From assembly GCA_964187785.1 (NCBI GenBank), contig OZ076409.1:83886001-83950000 (forward strand): 64,000 nucleotides of DNA, given 5' to 3'. The position numbers were made by a program, and so were the translations under genes. The stretch is from Amphiscolops sp. MND2022 (taxonomy: Eukaryota). The notes beneath the pieces were generated by a model. The model ran no database searches and had not been told where the DNA came from. It saw only the letters and a program-made list of their open reading frames with translations. Of the stretch, positions 12,001 to 23,850 are shown one piece after another (the stretch's first letter is position 1; every line of letters starts with the position of its first letter).

Positions 12001-15000
12001 CTTTTTTCTAGTATGGGACATCCAAGTATGTTCATGCCAAAAAAATGGAGAGTGTCTAAAAACGCCAAAGGAGACATGAACAAGACGGGAACGTCTAAAG
12101 TCGGCGCTATATCTAAGGCTCAAAATGCGCAAAAGAATTTTTAAAAAAAACTTGAAATTTTTGATTTTTTTCTTTCAGAAAATGTCGCATCGTGCCGAAA
12201 AATGTAAAAGGGGGACCATTTGGGCTTTATTAACATATATTCTGTTGCAAAATATCAAAAAAACTCGAAAGGGGGACTCTTTTGAGACATTAAAAAATTT
12301 TCGAAAAAAGTCGCACAATGCCGAAAAAAAATCGAACCTTTTAGTCTTGTCCGGTTTTGTATATTACGGTAAAAAAGTAAAAAATGAAAGGGGGACCCTT
12401 TTGCACTAATTTCCGCTGACCGGACTTGGCCTTATGCTAGTAGTTTTAGTAGTTTCGATTGTAAGAAAAATGACCCAATCAGAGTGAGATTGTAGTCTGA
12501 CGAAAAAAAAGAAAAAAACTAGCCACTGTAAGAGTCGGGCACTTTTCCCTAGAAAAGCGCCGACATAAAACGCAAAGTTTCACTCAAAAGCATATCAAAA
12601 AACGAAAGGGAGTTGCATAAGTGAGTTCCATAGCAGGTGTTTGAGAAGTGCAAAGTTCTGACAAAAGTCCTGAGGGTGCTTTTTTGGTCGCAGCTGCTTT
12701 TCGAATCAGTTTGAAAAGTGAAAGAATTGGTGGAAGACTTTTGCCACCCCTGGACACAGTTTAAATTTGAGGTCAACTCAAAAACTGCACATTTTTCTCA
12801 CGTTAAAACTTTAAAAATAACACAAAATCCTCAAAGTTTTGCTTGATTTATGTAATCAAATTGTAAATAAAGTCAAAACGTTCCCAAACTATCCAAAAGT
12901 GTGACCCTCAAGGCTTGTTGACCAAATGGAAAATGTTTTCCAGGGCATCTAGTAGCTATCAGCAGAAAGTAGTAGTAGTAAAAAAAATTTCATGCTAAAA
13001 GTAATAGTTTTCTTCTCTAAAGATAAAAGCATCACATAGATTTTAGTGAGGCCAATTTTCGAGGTTTTGATTTTTCCGAGAAATATTTGATAGAAAGTAG
13101 CCAGAACTCATTTTTCAAAAATTTAAAAATTGTTCTCCTCCGAATTGCTCCACGTGATTACTTTTACATAAAACTCATTCGAAGTCTTCTGATGATAGTT
13201 AAGTTAACCAGTTTTGCGCCGATTTCGTTAGTTCCCAAGCTTTTTTCTGAATTCCTGAGAAACTATTGGTGTTCAAAAACGTTTCGAGGAAAAAACACAT
13301 TGGTGCCGACAACTTTTTTTTACCTAACAGTTTTTTCCTTTGACCAGAAATCCATTCATTAGGCAAGAAAACAGTTTCCTCAGTTGCTTAAAAAAGATTA
13401 TGCCTCTAGTTCCGACCTTGAGAATGCTCAAAATTGTGCCTTTTTACTACTCAGAGTTGGATTTAAATTGTTTAGAAGGTAAATTTTCACATTTTTAAGC
13501 TGTATTTTTTTCTCTTCAGGGCAGAGATCCAGCGGTTGCAACTAACCGTGCAGAACAATTTGAAAGAACTCCTGTCTACGAGCACTCGAATGCTCCCAAG
13601 CAAGAGCCTCAAACTCAGCACTATTCTCAAATTGAGGACCTCTATGAAAGATATAAAAATCTGTGTCAACGAGAAGGAGTTATTCTCGAAGGAAAGGAGG
13701 AAGCAGATGGCAAATTAAATCCACGACTTCCCGCACGGAAGACCGATATGAGACGTTTCGAGAAAGATGAACCATTGAGATACGGTAAACAAGATGAAAA
13801 AGAAAAACTTGACTTCAAAAAAACTTCGGAACATATTGAGATGGTTGCGGAAAAACCCCTGGAAACCTCAGCAAAAACTCTGGATCTCCAAAACAGCCGA
13901 AAACATAGTCCACTAAGATCTCCTAGATCCCCTATAACGTCCCAAAAGTCTCCCCACCGCAGAACTCCAGAAACTACCACTTCTAATTTCTTGTTTGATC
14001 ACAGCTCTTTTGAAACGACAAAACGGAGCTCATCTGTCGGAATTCAAGTTGACACAATTATCAACAAATTTTCCAAAACATTGGGAACTCAGACGAAGCC
14101 GATTATTCTTGACGACCAAATAACCCAAACTGATTTTTGTGAGATACATGTAAATGCCGACGATTACTCTGTGCAAGAAAACGACGACGAGTTCCAGGAA
14201 ACGCTTCCAGGCATTCCAGGCAAGGAATTTGGGAAAACACGACTGTAAAAAAAACAAGAAAAGTTTAGCCATTCATTAAAATTAGGGATTAGGGATCTTC
14301 ATTATTAGGGATTTCATTAAAAGAAAAATTAAGCCATTAATATGAAAACCGGGAAATTTTGCACGGTGAATATGCTAGTCAAGTACAACCTATTTCCTTG
14401 GAAGTTTTTAGTGATCAAAAAAGTCGTATCAAATACAGCAAATGATATGTCAGCGCTAAAAAATTGACTTTTCTAGATTTTTTGCTACATTAGCGACTTA
14501 AGAACACAGTACATCGAAAAATTTCACCTGTTAGTATTCAATTCAAAAAACTGATTTTTTCACTTTGAGAATTCCTGCCTCCAGAGCCCGAGGTTGAGGA
14601 GTACGATGACGGCATTTACTACAATGGTCACGTGCCAGATGGTAGCTCTAGTTGGAGAAGTGCGAATGAGGAGATTGTTGAAGAGCAGTCTGGGTATGAG
14701 CCCCTGGAAGCAAGTTACTTTGAAAATGATTACCACTCGACTAATGACGTAGGAAGCATCCAGGACCTCGTGAACGAGTTTGAGATGGACAAACGAGTGA
14801 GTTCATGATTGTTAGCAGGGTTCTTTACATAAGATATTTTTTCAGTGAAAAAGAAATTTGACAGTGTTATTGGAAAATGGCTAAAACGTTATTGAAACCT
14901 TACTGAGGAAATCAAGTTTTTTTTAAAATTTTCTCAGCAAAGGTTTGCTACCAATCTTTAATTACTTTTGTGCATAGCCTTAGATTCCAGAGAAGTATTT

Positions 15001-18000
15001 TCTGACATCAAAGTATTTAACCTTACAAATAAGGTATTTGTTTCAGGGTTTATTTGTGAGTTTATGTCGAGTTCTTAATGCCAAAAAGCCTTGAAGAATT
15101 ATCTGTAAATTTGCGCCCTTGTTTTTAAATTAATTTTTAAATATTGCGATTATCAGAAAAAGGTATTTGCCAAACAATAAGTTTTATAACAGATGAAATT
15201 AGGTTTTTCCTTTAAAACAAATTTGCAGAAGAGTTTCATTTTGTCACCCAAGATTAGAGTTTTCAGCTAAAAACAGGCTGAAACACTCAAAATGCGCCAA
15301 GAACTAACCCAATTACCAGTTCACTCAACGTGGAGAACGACGCAAGAAAAATTCTCAGCAAAGCTCGAAATACTGTGAAAAGAAACATTGGTTTTTGTAA
15401 AATACAAGAAAAAATTGGTGTTGTTTACGTTACAGAGGAAACAAATTGAGACTGAGAAGGTGCTGGAACAGAACAAGATGCTGTGCAAGGAGAAGAAAAA
15501 GAAGACTCTGAATGACATCAGTCTCAAGCAGAACAAAACAGCCGCCGCAAGTCTCAACAATACCTTCACCAATACATACAGTAATTATTTTATATGAGTT
15601 ATTGATGACAGTCTTCTAAGCGTCAATTCGTTGTCCACAAGCTATGCAAACTCGTGCTCTAAAATTTCACCAAAAAGTTTCAGCTTCAGCAAAGAGTAAG
15701 ACTGGTTTAAATTTCGTTTAAGACAGCGGGTAAAATTTGTGAAATGGTTGCAGCTTTTGGTTTTAATGGGTGTTATATACCTAAAAAAATTGCGTTTTTT
15801 TCTGCTGAATTATGATGTTAAATTTTCAAGCTCGAATAGGGTCCGAAGCTTCGAGTGTAACGTCCAGCAAAAGTAGCACGATTTAGAGCTGGGTAAGGCT
15901 TAGGTTGCATAGACAGAAGACATTGGTCTTAAAGAAACCTAAAAATCCGCTTTTACCCCAAAAATAGTCTCCTGGGAGACTTTTCATATGTCGACAAGAT
16001 TCCAGGAGCTCCGGGGCAATGTGCCGACACACCCCAAGTCCGAACAACCCCCCCCCAAGCACGTAAAAACAGTTTATAGGGTTCATGAGTGTTTCTACAT
16101 ACTTCTGAGGTCTTAAAATAAGAATAAAGCAAAAAAATTAAATTAACAAAAATGGTAAAAATGACAGCTCTGCAAGATCATGTATTTACAAAAAAACCTG
16201 AATATACTACAAAGATACAGCCTTTCGTCATCTTTGATTTTTCCAGCGAATACACCAGATCAAGTCCTCAGGGAGACCTGGATCTGCGGAATAATCCATA
16301 CACTGTATAAAACAAGCCATAGTACAGGATCTTCTGGATAAAAGCGTGCAATGTCTTCATTTTCGCAATCTTCGGATGTATCGGGGTGTATTTGGGGTTC
16401 TTTAGGGTGGTTTGACTTGGTATTCGGTAGTATGTTTCTTTTTGCGTTTTCCGTGCTAATTTTGGGTACCTGTTAATCTGCAAATACACACACAAAACTC
16501 ATTTTTTTACATAATTCATTTTTATGCTGACGTTACAGAGCAATGCCAAACATTAAACCGAAAAATTATTACGTACCCTCTATGATGTTTCGAATTCAGA
16601 TTGTATTCATTTGTCTCTTTTTCATGATTTTTTAGGTTACCGTAAATTTTTTCCGCTCATATTTTTCATTCGGCAAAAGAAAAAACTCTTATCGGTGTTT
16701 ATCCCTAAACTTTCCCATGTTCCGTTTTTTTTTTCACTCAGATGATAGATGAACTTCCACAGAATTCAACGACAAAAAAGGCTAGCAGTACAAATGTTTC
16801 AGGAGAACTCGAAGAAAAGGGAAATTTATTTAATTGAATGTTTTATTATAAATAAGAGCATCGCTTTTATTTCAAAATTATAAAAGCCCCTGCTCTTAGA
16901 GCCCCTGCCTAGCAAAATACCAGTTAGCGTATCTTTCTATTTCAATGAGGGCTACTTTTTGTAACTATGTATGAGCAAAAACGATGTTATAATGCATACT
17001 ATTGCATATCCAAAACGAACGCAAAGTATTAGAGCTTTTGGAAAAAGTTGTCTATAAGTAACATTTTTTACATTCACGTGAGATTTGCTCTTTTTGAGAG
17101 AATGTTGCTTGAACAATAAGGGCCGGAAAAAACACTGCAAATGACAGGCATTTTCAACTGAGGCTTCCAACCGAGGGCGGCTCTCTATGTCCGAAGTGTC
17201 CACTCAGTCATATTTAGGCAGCGATAGTTTCAATTTTGGACCCGATGGTATGTCCCGTACGGACCAGCGAGTGAGGGCAGTGGCGGAGAGAAGAGACAGA
17301 TTGGATCAGGAGAGGATGCAGGCTGCTCTGAAGAAGGAGGCCGACCTTCAAGACATCCACGACAGACTGAGAAGAAGACCCAAGATTCCCCTCAAGTACT
17401 ACGCCAGGTAGGGCAAGTGAATTTACCATCATTTACAACATTGCAACCAAGTGATCTTCCCGAGAACGGTTTTTGTTCAGTGATCGTTCATACTGAATTT
17501 TCAAAGAGAAAGTTTTTCCAAGAAAATTTCCAGCAATTTGTAGTCGGAGTTTTCAGAGAAAAAGCATGACTCCAACAGTGGCTTGTTTTTTTTCGCCAGT
17601 TCAACGCGATCGGTCCACTTTATTGTGACTGTGTGCTTTTACCATAAGTATTTAGTACTTGATTTTGAAAGCATCCAAAGGTCTCTTACATGAAATACAA
17701 ACCCATTCCAAAGCAGAAAGGTCCCCCTTTTCCACTTTTTTGGCACTATGAGACTCCCCCCTGCTTTTTTCGTTTTCTTTCTTCATGTCTCCAAAGAGTC
17801 CCCTTTCATTTTTTGAATATTTTGCAACAGAACGGATGTTAAAAGATCTCAAAGGGTACCCTTTTACATTTTTCGGCACTATGAGACTGTTCAAATTCTC
17901 ATTTTTTCTGATATTAGGTTTCAAAACTATTCAAATTTTGGAAGTGGAAGCTTTTTGAGCCTAAGGTATAGCGCCGACTTTAGACGTTGCCGTCTTCTTT

Positions 18001-18517
18001 CACAATGTGATGGTGAAGAAGGTTTTAAGGACATTGGTTTTGGTTTTCTTGGCCTTTTCGATATTGTATTTATTGTTGCTCCAGTGAAACATTTCATTCC
18101 GTTGTGCACCAAAAATGATGAGTTTTTTTCATTTTGACCCATTTTCGCCGTTTTTAGTAGTGATTAAATGAACTGACCATCTGGACTCACTAAGTCCCAA
18201 AATTTACAACCAACTAGGAAATACATGAAGCTAACTGTTGGGTTAAAGCGATGCTTAAATGCAAGTGTTATCCCGCATCGATTCAAAATGAAGGAGAAAA
18301 TTGCAGTGCCACTGTGACCTGTCGTAATAGATGAAACTGAACACACAGGTCAATATCTGCACCCACCACAGCGGGTAACGGAGGAGGGCCTAACATGAAA
18401 CCCGGGAGCCAGTGCCAGGCAAGAAAGAAAGGAAGCATCGAATACCCTGGATTTAGAACTCAGCCAGTAGTCTTGGAAGACAGACCCGGCTGGGTTGATA
18501 TAACTCACAAAGGTTAG
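9054..18517 (+). CDS. Multi-exon host gene, product unrecognised (charged, low-complexity)
   Basis: Hand-assembled open exons with compatible phases: 9054-9241 (RSSSQLKEIEHR...NKDTN, donor GTTAGT), 13520-14219 (GRDPAVAT...LPGIP, in frame with ORF 13748), 14585-14796 (EPEVEEYDDG...MDKR, donor GTGAGT), ~15438-15580 (RKQIETEK...), 17149-17409 (AFSTEASNRGRLSMSEV...KYYAR) and terminal 18349-18517 (SISAPTT...HKG*). Exons at 15321-16310 and a possible upstream exon near 5050-5158 are unresolved. Confidence 0.6.
10060..10135 (+). repeat. tRNA-derived (SINE-head-like) segment
   Basis: A-box-like AGATCTAGTGGTT, B-box-like GTTCGAACC and a following T-run. The acceptor stem is not formable. Similar B boxes at ~2220 and ~57326 sit next to the same repeat family. 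Confidence 0.4.
10140..11350. repeat. Cluster of fragments of the GTCGGCGC family
   Basis: GGTACTATGAGACT, AAGGGTCCCCC, TTTTAGTCGGCGCC and GGCACTATGCGA motifs shared with the other copies. Confidence 0.6.
12080..12572 (+). mobile_element. Non-autonomous element with short subterminal inverted repeats (GTCGGCGC/GCGCCGAC)
   Basis: Begins AACAAGACGGGAACGTCTAAAGTCGGCGCTATATCTAAGGCTCAAAA and ends AAAAGCGCCGACATAAAA. Confidence 0.65.
17539..17997 (-). mobile_element. GTCGGCGC family copy (in the last intron of the host gene)
   Basis: TTTTTGAGCCTAAGGTATAGCGCCGACTTTAGACGTT is the reverse complement of the 12080 terminus. Confidence 0.65.
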
Positions 18518-21072
18518 AGCAGGTCGAAACCATTAAAATCGATCAATCTTCTTGAAAGACGTTTTCTTCTCGATCGATCAGATCCATGGTTGGAATGATT
18601 TGAGGTCAGAATCAATTGCAAACATCCAAAACTAGAAGTGTTATAAATTTTGATAATTGGTCGTATTTTCAATGGGAAAGCAATATTTGCATTGGCAGTT
18701 TTTGGGACATAGAGCTACTTGATGCGTAGAACACTATCGATTCTTAAAATTTAAGCAGAGATGCTAACTAATACATGTAGTTTTGAAATGTGAAAAAAAC
18801 GGGTTTATATTTTGAAGACTCAAGACTTCAAACCTGGACCACTGATGATCAGGGATGAACTGCAATATGGTAATGATTGCCAAAAACACCTAAGCTGCTC
18901 TCAATTTTGGTGTGAATTCTGATCTCAATTGACACCTCTGATTGTGTTTGTCACCTTATGAAGCATAGACCCTCAAAAAATGCACAAAATACAGGCTCCC
19001 CAAGTATCCTTGAGGGGGGCTGTCGTTCATAAGGTTCGCAAAACGAATCGAATTGATTGAAAAACACGAGACTTCGTACAAAACCTCTGATTTTGCGATG
19101 ACTTCGTTCCGGATTCATGACTACTCGATCATTATTTTTTCGTTGCGCCCTCCGAAAGTGCATTAGGTTTTGTTAGAAGATGCAGTCGGTCAAAATACTT
19201 AAGTTACTTGAGTTAAGGTCTTTTTTCAATGACATTTTTGATTTTTTTGCTATGACACACTGGGACGAACTTGAACATTAATGATGCAGTACCAACGAAA
19301 GCTAGAACAAGACACTCACTGAGCACCGGGATGTTTTCCGCCTTAAATTCTTTAGTGAAGTAAAAAAAAATTACGGCTTATGTGTAACCGATACACTACG
19401 GAACCTGCACAAAAAATTCTGGAACCTCAAATGTTTTGATACTTTTTGGCCGTTTTTGTTGGCTTTGGGCACTTTCTTTCAGCAAATCTCCAGCTTCCTC
19501 TACATTAAACATGTTGCGTAGCTACTCGTTTTGATATTTGTACCCACAAACACCTTCAAAAATTGTATTGAAATTACATGAAATGGTCAAAATTCCAAAA
19601 ATTTTTGGGCCGCACTTACTTTTTTTGTTTTTTTTTAGCACTTTCCATTTCCGGCACATTTTTTTTTCAATAAATATCGAATGCCTCCAGAAGTAAATTT
19701 GTAGTTGAATTCTGTTTGTTTGAATACTTTGGAAACACCTTCATTTTTGAGTAAAAAATTGGAAGATGGCAAAAGCTGGGAAAAACGGGCTAAGATTGGT
19801 TTTTTCTAAAGTGGCTTCGAAGAACGCTTCCCGGCTGTGTTTATGTGAACTGACAGTCTCCGGCTTTCAAAGACGCTCAAAAAAACGAAGCGCGTATATT
19901 TTTATTGACCTTTTTGTAAAATCCCGGACACAGAGAAAGATCCGATCATCGTATGTTACTTCAAATAGAAGTTTTGAAACTTCGAAATATGAAAACGAAA
20001 CTCGACTTCTTATACTGCTGGGATGAACTTCTCGTCACGAGAATAAGCCAATTACTTTTAGATCATTAAATTAGAGAACAGACAAGACTCTCCAACCGAG
20101 TTGAAGATGATAATTTATGCTTCATATTTGAAACGCTCTATATTTTTGATATCTCTTTTCAAATACTCTGTCGCCAATCAAGCTGAGCTGACAAAATTAT
20201 TTTGACCGAATGTTTAAGGAGATGAAACTTTCAAACTTTCGAACAAGCAGCAAAAAACTTGAACCAACTTGAATCGAATTGAAAATCGATGTTCTTCAAA
20301 AATCAATTTTTGAATCGGCATCTTTTTCAATGTATTTTACAAACACGAAGCTGATCAGTTTTAGTTGTCAAAAACTTATAAGCTTGTGCTCATTCTAATT
20401 TAAAAGTACTCATAAATTGGGTTACACAAAATTGGGTATAGGTTTACCAGGAAATTGGGTATAGGTTTACCAGGAAAAGCAAAATGAAATCGCTTTTTTC
20501 TTTCAACAGACCTCTTTTGTATCCTTTGTAAGTGGAAGTGCAGGGTTAATTTCAGATGCTCTTGGGTTGCTACTGATTTACAATCTCTTGTAACCTTCGT
20601 TTACTTTGACAAACTTAAACGGTCCACACCGGAAAACTCTCTTTGAGATCCTTGGTCTTCTGTTTCAGATTGGTCCTGCAAATGAACCCAACAAAATCGA
20701 AGTCTCTTCAGTCGAAGACCTCATTCTAATTTGACTCATAGATATTAGATTTGGCACAGCAACCAGAAATTCCTGCAATTGTAATTTAAATTTTAAGATA
20801 TTTTTGCTTTGAAGATTGAGATAATGTAACGCCGAGCGAAATTTTCACATGTAGAACAATCAATTTCATTGACTCACAATATCTAGGATCAAGAACCAAT
20901 TGACAATCGTCAGCCAATACAACGGAAACTTTCGAGAGTTTTGTACAATCTTGATGTTTTCAGACAAAAATTGGAAATTTCAAAATAGTGAATTACAGGT
21001 TCTTAGATTCTTACATTCAACTTTTCTAATTATCATATTTCTGGGATTCATTTTGATATAACTGAATTTGAC

Positions 21073-22711
21073 TGTCGCAGGCTGCCGCCTGCGATGGCAA
21101 CATCTACACAATTGACCATACGAACCCAATCGCCCTACCTGGGACGCTCCCATTGTAAACCAAAACTTTCAAACATTTAGTATTATTTTGACATGTAGTA
21201 TTGATTGATGAATTGTATTGTTATTTCTTATGTAAAATACATTTGACAGCAAGCCATACTGATAGGCAGAAAGGAAACGTGTTCAAATGTTTGCCTGTTC
21301 AGTATGGCTAGCTAAGCCGCCTATGGTCAATTGGCCAATCAGAGTGCAGTTTGTAATAGCCATCTTATTACTTATTACGTAAATGTGCTAATAACTATTT
21401 AGAATGGACCAATGCGGCCAATTAACTTTGCCGGCCTTATTGTGCTCTGATGCTATCCTTGAATGATATTCAGTAACTACAAATAGGACGAAAGCGGCTA
21501 TGCGACATAGCCGTCCCTATTCACTGTATTAATTGTCTTGGTGCTATACAGTAAATAAGGCCTATCACGGCCGGTTGGCACGATGAATACTCAAATGCTG
21601 TATACTTGCCATATGAAATTGGTATTCCAGTTAATTAGTGGTTTGAAGATGCAAATAACCCACCCCATGCAATAGACAGATATATACACTGTTAACATGT
21701 AATTGTTGCTTTCTCATATTATGATGGGACTGAATTAGAAAACCCCAACGGCCATCAGCCGAATAGGGCCTTCATGAATTGTTGAGCATGTAAACTGTTG
21801 CTTGCATGAATTTTACCTGTAAACAAATTGACCCATATGTGGAAGAGACTTGTCGGGCCCTTTGATCTAGCCGCCCGCACAAGTCTAAAATGATGTCATG
21901 TTGCTATTAATAGTTTCACTGTATCTATTTTTAGCTTGTGTGCTATTTTTAGTAACATGACTGACGAAATCTCAGATGTCATGCTAACTTGAGTATAAAT
22001 ACGCCCAAGTTGGCCGTAAGACTCAGTTGATTTATGATACGGTTGATATTCAGTTACTCTTATGCGATTTGTACAAGAATCACTGTAAACCAAGTTCTAT
22101 ATTGTCCACAGGAACAATTCACATATTTACTCCTGGATAAACATTTTCAATGCCTTCTACAAGGAGACAAAAGGCCAAGTCTAGGAAATCAAGAGAATTA
22201 GATATGTTGTCCGACTACGACAATATGGACGTAATGTTAGGTGAGAGAAATTCTAACTCTATAGAAAGAGAGCTCGACAGTTTGATTAACGTCCCCGAGG
22301 GACAACGGGACTTTCAGTCCTTTCCGAATAGAGAAAATATATCTCAAGAGAACGAAATCAGAGACATTGATAGTAGAAATGAACCAGTTAGGGAAAGTAG
22401 GCTAATTGAGTCTATCAATACACTATCTGGAGAAATGAATGCTAGAATGTCACGCGAGATGGAGGCTATGATGGACCTAGTGCAATCGCAGATTAGCAGG
22501 ACCATTAGTTCTGCTATAAGCGAGAGGATTATCCCAGAGATACAAAATATGGTAGAAAATTTGCCTTTGGGTCAACATGGCGTTGAGCCATGTACGTCCG
22601 CAGATGAGGACGGAATCAGAAATGTATGGAAGAACGCAAATACGAAATTAACAAAGAAGGATTCAAGGTCCGCCTGTGATCTGAGAGACCGCGTGGACGT
22701 TAGTCCTTACA
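21073..22711 (+). repeat. 5' LTR (1639 bp)
   Basis: TGTCGCAGGC...TAGTCCTTACA. About 27 differences from the 3' LTR by manual comparison, including a 1-bp indel. Confidence 0.97.
21996..22003 (+). promoter_or_regulatory. Candidate LTR TATA box
   Basis: TATAAATA about 150 nt upstream of the gag ATG; present in both LTRs. Confidence 0.4.
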
Positions 22712-22729
22712 TGGTGACAGGAGCTACCG
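22712..22729 (+). other. Primer binding site
   Basis: TGGTGACAGGAGCTACCG directly after the LTR end; TGG complements the tRNA CCA. Primer tRNA not identified. Confidence 0.75.
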
Positions 22730-23843
22730 ATTTCCAACAGCCGATTCCTGAATTCCTCACAGGACGAATTCACTTTCAGCCAGACCTCCAAAGACAAGAA
22801 TCCACTCATGATACAACTCTGGATACAATTCTGCCAATAGCGGAGCCTGCTCCTGCAGAACAGCCACAAGACCCTATCAACCGATTGGCAGATGTCCTGG
22901 TAATCCTCCAAAATAAACCACACTCGATGACAATTAGACCAGTCACGACGAACCCCATGACATTTGACGGCAAAACAGAGAAATTCGAATTGTTTGAAGA
23001 TTTATTTCATACAATGATAAAGATGCAGCCCGCTATGACGGAACAAATGAAAATAAATCATTTTCATTCACTGCTCCGAAAAGGAGCCCTGCAGACTTTC
23101 CGAAATACAAACTCCATAAACCGTCAAACATTAGAGGACGTATTGGTCATATTCCGCAGAAAGTACGTCAAACCTGAGTCCCAGGCCACAGCTAAACACA
23201 AATGGCATAGACTCATCTTCGATCCGAACACAATGAAACTACCCGATTTTCTTGAGGAACTCAACCAGGGTGCCGAGAAAGCCTTTGGGGAAAACGCCAA
23301 AAGCATGATCGACAGTCTCTTGTATGCTAAATTACCCCCAAAACTCAAAAGATCAGTAAATATGGCTCGACTGGAAAACGGGACCTACGAGGAGATTGTG
23401 GCACATCTGGAACGAGAACTCGAGTTAAACGCATTAGAAGAATCTGACGACCTACCCATTGCTACAATGGCTTCGTCGTCCAACAAATCCCGAAATTTAC
23501 TATCCAATGGCATTGACACCAACAAAATTAACCAATGCTCATACTGCAAGGCAGAGGACCACTTCTGGAAAAATTGTCCAAAACTGAAAAAGTAGAAAGA
23601 ATCAGAGGCCAAAGATGGCAAGAGGCCTCAACGACAAACCTACCCAGAATGCCCCACCTGCAGGAAAACCAATCATCCAGCAGAGAAATGTTGGCGTGGC
23701 GCTGGTGCCCACCTTCGTCCAAGAAGAAATAGACAAGACTCCTCCAAAGATACGGAGCCCTCTGAAGACGAAGGCACTCGCACCAAGAATGAAAAATCCA
23801 CAACATCCTCATCAGGCCAATCGAATTCCAAAAAACCTGAATC

Positions 23844-23850
23844 AAAAAAC
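23844..23850 (+). promoter_or_regulatory. -1 ribosomal frameshift slippery heptamer A AAA AAC
   Basis: X XXY YYZ heptamer immediately before the gag TAA. A -1 slip gives KKLILPRLQ, which is the pol frame (ORF 23856). Confidence 0.8.

Noticed and set aside
21896-22093. Short antisense ORF in both LTRs
   Set aside because: GTG start and only 65 aa; its presence in both copies follows from LTR identity.
23593-23595. Programmed UAG readthrough
   Set aside because: It lies between two zinc knuckles rather than at the gag-pol junction, and pol has three other nonsense codons, so mutation is more likely.
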